Shown one piece after another: positions 1-12,570 of a DNA stretch of 64,000 nt (position 1 is its first letter; every line of letters begins with the position of its first letter). The notes below the pieces were generated by a model. That model was not told the DNA's origin. It saw nothing but the letters and a program-made list of their open reading frames with translations, and did no database searches. The stretch comes from Macrostomum lignano (lineage: Eukaryota): assembly GCA_002269645.1 (NCBI GenBank), contig NIVC01000415.1:186001-250000 (forward strand), in the 5' to 3' direction. The translations under genes were made by a program, and so were the position numbers.

Positions 1-51
1 AACGAGCTAAGTTTAATAGATTGTGTAATAATGTACAAATTTATATCACAA

Positions 52-210
52 TGCACAGTGGGATCACACACTGGCACACCAGAGCACACAGTGGGAGCAC
101 ACACTGGCACACCAGAGCACACAGTGGGATCACACACTGGCACACCAGAGCACACAGTGGGAGCACACACTGGCACACCAGAGCACACAGTGGCATCACA
201 CACCGGCACG
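52..210. repeat. 33-bp minisatellite, about 5 copies, in UBC9 intron 2
   Basis: The unit CACAGTGGGATCACACACTGGCACACCAGAGCA is visible in tandem and gives an 11-aa period in the ORF track. Confidence 0.9.
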
Positions 211-225
211 GTGCTCAGAACTCAC

Positions 226-513
226 ATGAAGCAGGTGTAGGCTTCAGCCTGAGCAGGATCCCGGATATTTGGCGCATCCAGCAGCTCCTGAATGCCCAGC
301 AGAATCTGCTTGATTGTGACGGACGCGCGCCAGTCTTTCTCCTCGTCCAGCAGTGAGAGGCAGACGGTACCAGACGGATAGACATTCGGGTGAAATAGTG
401 GCGGCTCAAACTTGCACTTCGGCGGCGAGCTGGGGTAGTCCTCCTGGGTGGGGAAAGATGGATAGACAGATAGATAGATGGATAGATAGATAGACAGATA
501 GATAGATAGATGA

Positions 514-564
<51 letters not shown>

Positions 565-565
565 C

Positions 566-649
<84 letters not shown>

Positions 650-700
650 ATAGATAGATGATAGATAGATAGATAGATAGATAGGCTAGATAGATAGATG

Positions 701-768
<68 letters not shown>

Positions 769-788
769 GATAGATAGATAGATAGATG

Positions 789-829
<41 letters not shown>

Positions 830-911
830 ATAGATAGATGATAGATAGATAGATAGATAGATAGATAGGCTAGATAGATAGATGGATAGATAGATAGATA
901 AATAGATAGAT

Positions 912-944
<33 letters not shown>

Positions 945-960
945 GCTAGATAGATAGATG

Positions 961-1041
<81 letters not shown>

Positions 1042-1092
1042 ATAGATAGATGATAGATAGATAGATAGATAGATAGGCTAGATAGATAGATG

Positions 1093-1188
<96 letters not shown>

Positions 1189-1189
1189 T

Positions 1190-1229
<40 letters not shown>

Positions 1230-1484
1230 TTAGATAATAACTCAAAGCGAGGCGAGCCCAACCTTAAAGTACATGCGCAGAGTGTACAGGCCGCCCTCCC
1301 AGATGGTGCCCCGGCGGCCGGGTATTTTGCAATCCCAGATCATCAGGTTCATCGTCCCGTCAGCGTTAGCCGCCGGCTTTGCAACGAAGCCGAACGGGTG
1401 GTCCTTGCGCCAGGCTTTGCGCTCCTCGCTTAGCCGGGCCAGAGCGATGCCGGAACTCTCGCCGCCTGCCTGTCTGAGCGCCAT
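226..1484 (-). CDS. UBE2I: SUMO-conjugating enzyme UBC9, partial. Exons 1263-1484 and 226-443; the last exon lies left of the window.
   Basis: Exon 1 reads MALRQ...[25 protein letters not shown]...[13 protein letters not shown] and ends at AAG|GT. Exon 2, read by hand after a CAG acceptor, is [38 protein letters not shown]...[11 protein letters not shown] and contains the HPN motif and catalytic Cys. It ends at a GTGAG donor. The frames join in phase. Confidence 0.95.
457..1232. repeat. (GATA)n microsatellite filling UBC9 intron 1
   Basis: Direct reading of the sequence; it occupies almost the whole 444-1262 intron. Confidence 0.98.
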
Positions 1485-1789
1485 GCTGTTGCCTTTAAAA
1501 AACTTCTTTTAAAATTTATTTTTGTGTAGTTTTGCGTAGTCACTTCACTGGAAGACACTCGAAGCAGCATGATATCATAATAATGAGATTTGATCAGCTT
1601 TATATTATCATTTATAAAGCCACAGATGGAATCGCGTGAAAAAACACTCACTGCTACCGCCGTCCCTATACATGCACAACCTCTACTACCCAAAAGAAAG
1701 TTAAACAAACAATTTATTCACGAAAAATTTGTTCCAATGTATTACTTTCTTTTGTAAAAAGCATAAGGATTACACATGCTACCTCTGCC

Positions 1790-2380
1790 AGGAGGAGCAA
1801 GACCTTGTGTGCTACCAAGATGTCGCTGGTCTTGGTAAACTCAGCACTTCTCAAAATGATTCAATAGATTGACAACAGCAAGAACTCTTTGAAGTGTGTG
1901 CTGCTCTACAATGGGAACCAGTTTGCCTGAATCATTCTTGCATACTCCACAACTCTTGAAGAGAACTATGAAGCAGTGAAGTATGTGATTGACAAAATCC
2001 AAATATGAGCAATACCAAATGGATCATCTGTGTTGACTTCAAGATGGTAAACTTGTGTTTCTATGGCAACAAACATCACAAATAACCATCTTGTTGACCA
2101 GGACAAGATATTGATCCCACTGCTTGAAAGAACACAAAGTATACCACTGCAAACTATACAATACTTGTTTGCAGTATGATAAAGGCCTTCCAAAATCTCA
2201 GGTGCTTGATGAGTATAAAGATGCACTTGCTATTTTCACACAAAAGCTTCTTGAAATTAAAAAAACATGGGGCCATAGGTGACAAGCAGGGAGAAAGGTT
2301 CTATTAGGATGTGCCAAATAGAGTAGAGGTACCAGGGAAGGTGGGATGCTAGTCAATGCTATATGCTAGACAACCCAATA
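1790..2380 (+). mobile_element. Decayed DDE DNA-transposase remnant, tentatively Chapaev3/CMC-like
   Basis: Hand translation gives DNSKNSLKCVLLYNGNQFA*IILAYSTTLEENYEAVKYVIDKIQ, then KWIICVDFKMVN, then GAIGDKQGERFY*D...RYQGRWDA. These match, from memory, the IDSSKRSLKxVLLHNGN / ICGDLK / SDEQGERFHQD motifs of an invertebrate transposase family. It carries stops, frameshifts and an internal deletion. The superfamily label is uncertain. Confidence 0.7.
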
Positions 2381-3392
2381 GCTACTCATATATACAAGCG
2401 TAGGAATCAAATAAATGCTTGTTTGTTATTCTTTTACTAACATTATGAGTTGTGCTTACCTAATTTAATGGAGTAGATAAAATGGAATTTGGATACATTG
2501 ACTTTTATTTCTTTAGAAAAATAAAGAAAACTATTAGTTATTTCTTAGATATTGATCTGCTAATGGCAAATCCAAGGGGAGGGCAGCCACCCCACATCCC
2601 ACTTGCCATGGCAAGACATATAAAAAGGAGATAAGCACTTATATAGGGAAGGCCTAGATTTGGAATAGCCAGGGCTAGTAAATAAAATGAAGCATGGCTT
2701 ATGACTCTAACCAATTTTTTCAGTGCCAGGTCTCTAATTGAATATTTTAAAGAACAACTGGCTGAAGTGGCAAAAAGAGTCTGCTTTGCAGAGACATTTA
2801 ATGAGCTCTAAGAGAAGATTCTTAAGACTGGAGAGCAGTTGAACTCAATGTGACTCCTCTTAGGTAGGTTATATATCAGAAGATTGTGCTAATATTCCTA
2901 TTATTGATACAAAAAACACTGGGATTTGGTTATCTTTGTTCCTTTTTTGGTCAACCTACAAGACTGATTTGCCTACCTTTCTATGCAATAATATTGCTGC
3001 TAGACTCAGTGCACTTATCCAATATCCTAGCAATAGACAAAAAGAATGAAAGTCTATTCATTTATCTCAAGCTATCAATATAGCACTTCTAGATCTGCCA
3101 ACCTAGGAGGAAAGAGATTGGAGTAGAATTTAACCAGTGGATACAACTTAAGCAAAAGGGAGGAGCTACAGAAATGGCCTTAAACTTTGAACTAAGACTA
3201 ATCTTAAAATGTAACTATAACCTCTTCCCAACATCAGTGCCTTTTGGAAGATATATACAATGCTACCTAGGCTATCTCTATTGGCATTAGAAAAAGATCT
3301 TTTTTCTTTTGAAATTCCTAAAGAATTACTTTGCAGCACTATAGAAGTTAAAAAATTACATATTATATGAGCATGAAAATTACATATTATTT

Positions 3393-3640
3393 GTATAATT
3401 GACTTATACAAATTATAAAGCATATTGTGATATGAATAAACAAGAACTAGAAACAATCAAGAACAATATGTGATATCCAATGTGTATTTAGAACAATATA
3501 TATATATATATAGAATATAGTAGAATTTAGAATATATTGTTCTAAATACACATTGGATATCACATATTGTTCTTGATTGTTTCTAGTTCTTGTTTATTCA
3601 TATCACTATATGCTTTATAATTTGTATAAGTCAATTATAC
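3393..3640. repeat. Near-perfect long inverted repeat with ~109-bp arms and a ~30-bp AT spacer
   Basis: 3393-3501 is the reverse complement of 3532-3640; I saw one mismatch. Confidence 0.9.
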
Positions 3641-5326
3641 TAAAAATTAAATAGTTATACTAATGTTTTAACTAATGTATAACACATTTAAAAATTTAAA
3701 AATGTTATATATGATATACTACTAATAGGCCTACTTATTTACAATATTAATTGTCTTATTAGATTTAAATAAAATTAAATCAATTATAAGTGTTAATAGG
3801 AAAAGCATATAGTGATCAAAATTCCATTCCTCTAAAAGTTTCTTATTGAATAATTGAATATCTTAGCTTTTTATACTTATTTGGACATTTGCTATAAATG
3901 ATTACTTATTAACATATGATAATTATCATATATTAATCATATTATATCACATAAGATAAAAATCATATATTATATAAAATAAAATATTACTTTATTTTCA
4001 GTTTTGGTATTCATAAATTTATCTTCTTACTTTAAAAATCTTAGATATATCTACCAGTATGATTGTAATCTATACAAATTGTTTTTATGTAGAATTATTT
4101 TTTCTTTAGCAAAAAATCCTAACCTGATTAAGTTAAACAAAGGTCTTTTTTACTCAAAGCATAAAGATTAGTATAGGCCCCCCTAATTAAGCTAGAAAAT
4201 ACTAGATTATTTTATTTTTATTGTTACATTGTATTAGGCTTAAAATATGGCTCTAACTTAAATCATATTTGAATTGTCATCTTTTAAATTGTTATAGGGG
4301 CCTACTTTCTTTATTGTAATAGACAATGTCATCAAATGGTCATATTTTAAATAATTAGCTCCACTGCAGGCCACACTGCCACAAAGATTGCATGATAAAT
4401 ATAAGTTATACAAATTTATATATGCATAGCATATCATATGACATGCAATTTGATCAAAACAATATAAGAAATCACAAAAGCTCATTTTTGATGGCAGTGT
4501 GAACAATTACAAGGGCTGTCCCAAAAGCAGTGTTATTTTTTATTGTATCTCTTGTTCTGCTGATCCAAATAATATAATATTGCATAGATTTTTGGCGGCA
4601 ACTCTTTTCTTTGTATTAACTTTACCAACATTAAAATAGACAATGGAAACAAAAGTTATAAACTAAAATGTAGTAGGACCTTAGCTATAGACTTATAGTA
4701 AATCAACAAGTTAACAAAATTTTGAAGTGGTAGGCCTAGCTTATAAATAGGTAACTGGCTGGAGTAATGCTGCAAAACAATTACAATAAATGACTGCTAA
4801 GACTCATAAGCCAAAAAAAAAGTTAAGCATAAATCTCAACTCAACTGTGCCCTATCCCCCAAAGGGTATACTTTTATGCTTTAGTTTTAAGCTATATAAA
4901 TTTAGGATATAGAACAAAGCAATATTATAATATATAATACTGGCTAAGCCTATCTACCTATGCCATAGTATGCTCTATTTACTAGTATAGTTCGGAAAGC
5001 AACATAGATACTAGGATTTCTTGGCAATTAACAAGGGTAGGCCTATTTGCCATTTTTTAGTATTATGTTAGCGTATATGACAAAATGGTTTAGTCCCAAA
5101 ATACAAATGGTCCTATACCTATATATAGGCCTAACTAGGCCTATGGTGCTCTATATTGATTGTTAAATATTTTTAGAGTAGGCCCTATATTATAAAAAAA
5201 TAAGCTTATAAAATATAGAGAGTTGCCATAGCTAGACCCTAGCTAAAAGATATTTATGCCCCTGTTGGAAACTGCAGCCTGTACCAAGACCTACCTTATG
5301 GCTTATGCTATAATATGAGCATACAT

Positions 5327-5482
5327 GCGCAACTTTGGGAATCACCCGGCCATTTCTATTGGCAACACACACATGTAAGTCGCTATTGGCTGAGAGCAGT
5401 CACGTGACTACTATTCCGTCCAATAGCAACTTACATGTGTATGTTGCCAATAGAAATGGCCGAGTGAATCCCAAGGTTGCGC
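5327..5482. mobile_element. Palindromic MITE-like element, copy 1
   Basis: The arms GCGCAACTTTGGGAATCACCCGGCCATTTCTATTGGCAAC... and its reverse complement ...CCCAAGGTTGCGC surround a central AGTCACGTGACT. A related copy lies at 36167-36292. Confidence 0.75.
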
Positions 5483-5959
5483 TCAAGCATAAATATGAGA
5501 ATAGGCTTAGTAAGTAGGGTCTAAATGCAGCTAGGCCTATTGGATTGCATTGCTAAGACTTTATTTATATTTGTTAAATTATTATTCAACAAAAATTCTT
5601 TGTAATTGTAAGTCTAATTTTTTTATTTAACCATAGGCCTCAGATATACCTATATAAGCCATCTGGTAGACTAACCATGTCCACATCCCTTTTGTTAACA
5701 ATACAACATTTACATGACTGTCATTGACTTAAACAAGTTAAACTAAGTATGAGGTGTGCATTGTCAGCTAGCTAAGTGCACTGCAAAAAATGTACATTAG
5801 TCATAAGAATAGAAGTATTGTACTATTAATCATAGGCATAAGAATGGGGGGACAGCAGGGCCATGCCTAAAGTGAGGGGCCAGTAATGGTAGGCCTATCT
5901 GGTCTGGTCCCTTCACATTTTAAATGCAAAATGTAGACTCTTTGCTTATTTTTACTCCT

Positions 5960-6170
5960 ATTTTTTGGTTCTTGCTGCTTTGTATAAATGCAATTTGCTG
6001 CAGGAAGACAAAACATAGCGCAGCGCATGTGGCGCCAAAATGAGTGCCTGCGGCGCAAAAAATTAGCGCATGCGGTGCTAAAATGAGTGCCTGCGGAGCC
6101 AAATTGGCAAAAACTAGGCCTAGTGCCTGTGGCGCCAAAAATTAGTGCATGCGGCACTAAAATGAGTGCT
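5960..6170 (+). mobile_element. Non-autonomous repeat with internal ~20-bp subrepeats; same family as 7831-8114, opposite orientation
   Basis: Repeated AAAATGAGTGCCTGCGGCGC units. The string GACAAAACATAGCGC..GTGGCGCCAAAATGAG is shared with the reverse complement of 7900-8040. Confidence 0.65.
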
Positions 6171-6651
6171 GACAATAGGGCCTACCGATTCGGAAAATAA
6201 TCGGTACTTAATAATGTGAATTTTCCATATATTAATATAAAAAATAAAAATATCTGACTCGACGGGGGGCGTGCGCACTGTGCGCCCCCCCCCCTAAATC
6301 CGCCACTGAACCTGGCCCCCCACTTTTTGAAACGTTCCTACGCATATGCTGTCAATTGATACTACTGCTGTACAGGAACGTACATTTAGATTTTCTGTGG
6401 CAAAGAGGTGCCCTAAGACTCCGGCCACGTCCACTAAACTCCTGCATGACCTTTGATAGAAAAAATTGTTAATCAAAATATGCTCGTGGACATCGAAATC
6501 GCGAATGAACGAACATTTCTTGGAAAGCACATTCAAAATAAAGTACAGAAAAAGTACTGGATTAAGCAAACTCAATAAAAAAGAAAAGCTAGTATGCATT
6601 TTCTAATACGATTGTATTAGAAGAATTAACAAGTTTATACAAAATTATTCT

Positions 6652-6770
6652 GTCGCCGAAATTGACGAAAGTGTCGCCGAATTTGCTTTCGCCGAATTTG
6701 TCCATGGTGAATCTCTGTCACCGAATTTGTTTGTCGCCGAATTTGTTTGTCGCCGAATTAGTCAGCGCCC
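6652..6770. repeat. Cluster of about 6 GTCGCCGAATT motifs, probably the end of a non-autonomous element
   Basis: The motif repeats are directly visible. Confidence 0.6.
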
Positions 6771-7830
6771 CATTCAACTAGGCCTATAAACATAATATAA
6801 AAATACAGCAGGACAATGAACAACTTAACACAACAAAGAGGATCAGAACAAACTTGTGCGCACGCACTCGCAGAACAGGCGGGGAGGGAGGCAGTATAGG
6901 TAGTAGACTAGCAGCCTGTCTGAGGGCTGAGGCCTGAGGGGTCAGTGCAAGTCCAAGCGCCTGCTGCAGCTGCAGGTTGCCGAGGTCGGCGATGGCAATG
7001 GCTACGAGAGTTCAAGCGGCACCGGAACCCGTTTTCTATGGCTAATGGATACGGCGCTGTCTAGATCTGCAGACAGTTACGTGTATCTAATAATAAAGTC
7101 TTTGAACATTAGAAGTATCTTGTTTTAAATCTCATCGTTTCGTTTCGATCTTATCTTGAACAAAATCTCAATTATCAACCACCCGTTAAAAAAGAAAATG
7201 TTTCTGCAAACCCATAAATTGCACTATATACTGATGGATACCACCGCTGGATCCATAGCCGTTAGAAAATGGGTTCCGGTGCCGGAACTATAGCCATTGC
7301 CGTCGGCGATGAGGCAGGAGGTGGACGAGCCGATATACATGTATAAGCCATGCATTAAGTTAGGATTAATGATTCTGCAGTTTGCGTGCGTGTAAAAAAA
7401 CATTGTTGGTAGGACTGAAGTGAGAGTGACGAATGGCAACAACGGGGAGAACGTACACTGTAGTAGTTATTACAATACTAGTTCGAGATCTAGCTGTGGG
7501 ATAAAATTAAAAAAATATAGTCGGCCGTTTAAATTTAAGAACTTTATAATGTAAGGACTTATTTAAACTAATTCCAACAAAAATTAAAAAACAATTTTTG
7601 CTTTCGATCTTTTAACCAATTTTGCAAATATCACTGCCAGTGTTTATTGCGCTTGATTCGATCCACACCTGGTGCAAGTTTCAGTTGATTAGAAAAATAA
7701 TTGATATAAATTAGTTATGTTGTTGGCTTTCTACACGAGCTAATTATAGCCTTTACGACAATACTCGAAGACCCCTCGTACCTGCAGGTCTACCCATCCA
7801 ACCGATACATAGAAATACATACAATATGAG

Positions 7831-8114
7831 GCAGGGGCGTCGCCATCAATTTTATGGTGGGGGTCCGGACAAGCCATGCAAGAATTCTACATGTAAATGT
7901 GCATTATTTTGCGACTTTAGCGCCGCAGGTCCTCATTTAGGCGCTGCAGGCACTTATTTCAGCGAAGCATGTACTCATTTTAGCGCTGCAGGTACTCATT
8001 TTGGTGCCACAGGCGCTATGTTTTGTCGCCCTGAAGCAAAATTATTGAGGGTTGGGTGGGGGGACGACGACAAGGATGATGGAACCTGCTCCCCCTCCGG
8101 TGGAGACGCCCCTT
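7831..8114 (-). mobile_element. MITE-like element with short TIRs (CAGGGGCGTCGCCA ... TGGAGACGCCCCT)
   Basis: Imperfect terminal inverted repeats, plus internal subrepeats homologous to 5960-6170. Confidence 0.6.
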
Positions 8115-8366
8115 GAAGTCGGAGCAGTTACAGGCCAAGTAGTTTTAGAAAGTCTAACACTTAGATGAGCAACTCTAAGTAAGGTAGTAAGGTAGTAAGA
8201 TAGTAATTGGTTTTTCTGTTAAAAATCAGTTTCTTTCATGGTAATGTTTTTGAAGCAGTTTTTTGGATGCAAAGTCCTTTAGATATCAGGTGGCTTCAGT
8301 GACTAGTCGTTTTGGTGATAGTTAAGATAACTGAGAAGTGCTGCTATCGCGTGTGATCGAGTTAAT

Positions 8367-8468
8367 GCCAGTACCAAGAGGGCGCCAGCACTAAGAGGGC
8401 GCCAGCACCAAGGGGGCGCCAGCACCGAGGGGGCGCCAGCACCAAGGGGGCGCCAGCACCAAGGGGGC
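8367..8468. repeat. 17-bp minisatellite, about 6 copies (GCCAGCACCAAGGGGGC)
   Basis: Direct reading. Confidence 0.9.
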
Positions 8469-9259
8469 TTCTGAGCAGAGTTGCTTCTGAACAGTTTCAT
8501 GTGACAATACGTGTTTTATGTACATAAATAGCGGTGACTACCATTTACGGATTATACACGTTTACTTTTCTTAAATGTTAGCAAAACTCTTACCCACAGT
8601 ATTGTTAATTTCTACTCGAATATAGCTACATGGGTGCTTCACGACCGTTAGGTAAAAAATGCCTGGCTTGCTCTACATTCAACACTTCCGCATTTTCGGT
8701 CTGTTTAGAGAATCACATTGTGCCATGGTATCGATCCAATAATTTTACAATGCTATTGCAATATTTGGGCTACAGCAAGAGCTGTGACTGTGAGGTCTAC
8801 ACGTACAGTATTAACGTGATCTACAACTGTACGGCGATCACTGGGGGTACCGATCAGATTTGGAGAGAAGTTATTGATTTTTCTTTCCCTTCTCTTTCAA
8901 ACCGTCTCCCTAGCACGCGAACAATCAAGTTAACAGTAAGCGCTATAGCGGAGCTGCAGCTGGAGAGCTGAGAGGCAATCTAAAGCTACTTTAGAACGCC
9001 ACACACCCAGAGCTTATATACAGTAAGTATAAGATCAAGGCACTAGAATAAGGAAATACACAGGCGTTAATAGATTGGAATTTGCTGTGTACTAACATTG
9101 TTGAAATAAAGTACCGGGCGGTACTTTACGGACACGCCACAGTGACAGCTGGTCTAATTTGCTAAAATACAACCACTCTTTTTCTATTTAATCTTAGGCC
9201 CAGCAATCAGTCCTCCGTAGTTGGGCGTGGCGCATCCTGAAACACACCGAAACCAAATC

Positions 9260-9568
9260 ATGGGCTGCGTATTCGCTAAATCGGACGGGGATTTTGAAAA
9301 CTGCGGCGGTAGGAAACGGCGTCACTCTTGGCGCAGAACTAGTTTGAGCAAGTCGATGCGAATGGCGGCAATTCGACAGAGAGAACAGGCAGTAGCCGCC
9401 GCTGCAGCCAAGCTCCAGGAGGGCGCCGAACAGGCTGGAAATTTCGCACTTCAAGCGTCCAGTCGTCGGTCCTCCTTGGCCGGAGTTGGACGCTCGCGAG
9501 TGGTCTGTCCAGAGCCGCCGGCAGTTTACGACTTTTGCTGTTCCAAGCGAGGTAAATCTGATTTCTAA
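9260..9568 (+). CDS. Putative orphan coding exon or ORF starting MGCVFAKS
   Basis: GC-rich coding-like ORF with ATG in an ATCATGG context and a candidate donor GAG|GTAAAT at 9551/9552. No recognisable family. Confidence 0.4.
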   Translation: MGCVFAKSDGDFENCGGRKRRHSWRRTSLSKSMRMAAIRQREQAVAAAAAKLQEGAEQAGNFALQASSRRSSLAGVGRSRVVCPEPPAVYDFCCSKRGKSDF

Positions 9569-9734
9569 TATGCATGATCTGATTCCCAATATGCATGATC
9601 TGATTCCCAATATGCATGTAGCCTATCAACATTGAAGGAATCGTCTAAATTACTCAGGTTTTTCGCCCACAATCTTAACTTCCTGGAAGATCTGAATACG
9701 TTAACTACAGGAGAGTACTCGTAAACTCCAGCGG

Positions 9735-10100
9735 CGGCCTCACTAAAGACGTAGATGCATGACAGCCCCTCTAAAGACGTAGCTGCATGACAGCCTCACT
9801 AAGGATGTAGCTGCATGACAGCCTCACTAAGGATGTAGCTGCATGACAGCCTCACTAAAGACGTAGCTGCATGACAGCCTCACTAAAGACGTAGCTGAAT
9901 GACAGTCCCACTATAAAATATTTAGCTGCATGACAGTCCCACTATAAAATATTTAGCTGCATGACAGTCCCACTATAAAAGATGTAGCTGCATGACAGTC
10001 CCACTATAAAAGATGTAGCTGCATGACAGTCCCACTATAAAAGATGTAGCTGCATGACAGTCCCACTATAAAAGATGTAGATGCATGACAGTCCCACTAA
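9735..10100. repeat. 28-32-bp minisatellite (GATGTAGCTGCATGACAGTCCCACTATAAAA)
   Basis: About 12 tandem units; unit length shifts from 28 to 31-32 bp along the array. Confidence 0.9.
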
Positions 10101-11837
10101 AGACTTAGCTTTAGTCAGTTTTGTCTCATCCCGACTCCATCCCAATGGTATTCAAATGATTAATTCGTAACCAGTGTATCGATCATCATTCCGTCACAGC
10201 ATTTATTCACTCTAACGAACTCAATACCACTGCACGCCGCTACTCCAGACAACCCCGAAGACGACTACCTTTGTCAGCTGGACGGCGTGCGCGAGCAGAA
10301 ACGCAACGAATTTGAAGATTTTGGCACTTCGCCGCACTTCACTCTGGGCGCTTTCGATCGTCTCGAATTCGATCTGACACCGATGGAGAATCCGGAGGAC
10401 GCATTTTTTTGAAACTGGCACAACAGTCGGGACAGACGGAAGACGAGGCGCTGAAATTTTTTTATATTTAAGTAGCGATGGGTTTCTTCATTCTGGTTCA
10501 ATTGATGTGAAAATTTTATTTTAAAAACCCGATTGCTTCACGCATTCGAGGCTGGCGGATTGTCTCTGCGGAGTCATATTTTCAGTTGCTAGTAGTAAAG
10601 CAGAAATTTACGCCCTATTTTTCTTTCTCATTTTAATTTAATCCAACTTCTTATGCTTGTTTTATAAGTACGTATGTAACTCTGAATCAATTTGTTGTTG
10701 CTTTCTATTCACTCCCATTTGTTTCAAGCGCCTAATTTGATGATTTGAACAACACTTCCGACACGACCAAGGACCTCTAGAAGTAGTTGGACTGAAACAA
10801 TTTGTTTCTTGGAAAATTTCTTTCCAAAAGATATGTAACCAAAATGTAACGCCACTATCTATGAACTCAAGTGAACTAAATTTTCTTAGCCTTCTGAGCC
10901 TTCAGTTTTTTTCTAAGAAATCATTAAGTGTCCAGTCCTTCTACTTCTAAAGTGATCCTTGCGCTCGACCGGGAGTCTGTTTACACTTTCGTCATTAGAA
11001 TCATTGTTCATCAGAAGTATGCTTATATTTTCAATGTATCTTCACACTGATTAGACAAACTTGGCAGTGAAGTCGGGAGGTGGATTCGTGGAAAAAGATT
11101 TTGTGGCAGGCACCATTTTTGTTTCACTACAAGCTCTCTCGCACCTGCTTTTTTGATGTCGCGCGTTTAAAAAAAACTTACATGTACGAGTATTTACATT
11201 CTGTAAACCTGGTATAAATCAAGGTGTTAAGCGCGTAAAAATGATACTGAGCCTGAGTTTCTTTTAACTATGTTTTAAAGGGGCAGCAGGAACTTAGGAA
11301 GCAGGGAGGAAAGAGATGGGGCATTCCTTTTTTGTCCCATAAAATAAACATTTGATTGAAGCTTGCTACTCAAAAGTTTCTGTTTCATGAGATGACTGGT
11401 TTATAGCGAATCTCATCAAGCTTTCCGTGTCTACCGCAAGGAAAATTGCCTAATATAACCCCCGAGGAGACGTTTTTCAACACCCTGCTTCGGACTGGAG
11501 TGGCCATGGACGATGTAGACTACATGTCCGTCACTGGAATTTTTCCAACGGAATTGAGAGGTTATAAAACACTTGTTTTCCCATTTTTCATTCAACAAAA
11601 GTCTTTCCGTTATCAAACCGTTAGATGCGTAAAAGCAAGTAGCTCTGGTCTACTTGAGTAGTGATTTGGGTAAAGCAATTCTTTCCTGCAATTTTTTTGC
11701 TTTGTCAGTGTATGAAAACATTCGAGGGATGCATATTTACTCCGTAGCATTTTATGCAACGCTAAGCGTCAAAAACAGGGGTATCTTGATGGCAATTATT
11801 ATATCCCTAGCTTTAGAAGCTCGAATCGGAACACCAA

Positions 11838-12570
11838 AGACATTGTCCTACAACAGCATCGAGGACATTGTCCCACAACAGCATCGAGGACATTGTCCCA
11901 CAACAGCATCGGGGACATTGTCCCACAACAGCATCGGGGACATTGTCCCACAACAGCATCGAGGACATTGTCCCACAACAGCATCGGGGACATTGTCCCA
12001 CAACAGCATCGAGGACATTGTCCCACAACAGCATCGAGGACATTGTCCCACAACAGCATCGAGGACATTGTCCCACAACAGCATCGGGGACATTGTCCCA
12101 CAACAGCATCGAGGACATTGTCCCACAACAGCATCGAGGACATTGTCCCACAACAGCATCGGGGACATTGTCCCACAACAGCATCGAGGACATTGTCCCA
12201 CAACAGCATCGGGACATTGTCCCACAACAGCATCGAGGACATTGTCCCACAACAGCATCGAGGACATTGTCCCACAACAGCATCGAGGACATTGTCCCAC
12301 AACAGCATCGAGGACATTGTCCCACAACAGCATCGGGGACATTGTCCCACAACAGCATCGAGGACATTGTCCCACAACAGCATCGAGGACATTGTCCCAC
12401 AACAGCATCGAGGACATTGGCACACAACAGCATCGGGGACATTGTCCCACAACAGCATCGAGGACATTGTCCCACAACAGCATCGAGGACATTGTCCCAC
12501 AACAGCATCGAGGACATTGGCACACAACAGCATCGAGGACATTGGCACACAACAGCATCGAGGACATTGT
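11838..12570. repeat. 25-bp minisatellite, about 29 copies (GAGGACATTGTCCCACAACAGCATC)
   Basis: Direct reading. It explains the six overlapping long ORFs with a 25-aa period. Confidence 0.97.

Noticed and set aside
11431-11661. ORFs flanking the 25-bp array (MPNITPEETFF..., MITERLLL...) as RT or gene fragments
   Set aside because: The AMDDV resemblance to an RT YxDD motif is superficial and no other motifs support it.
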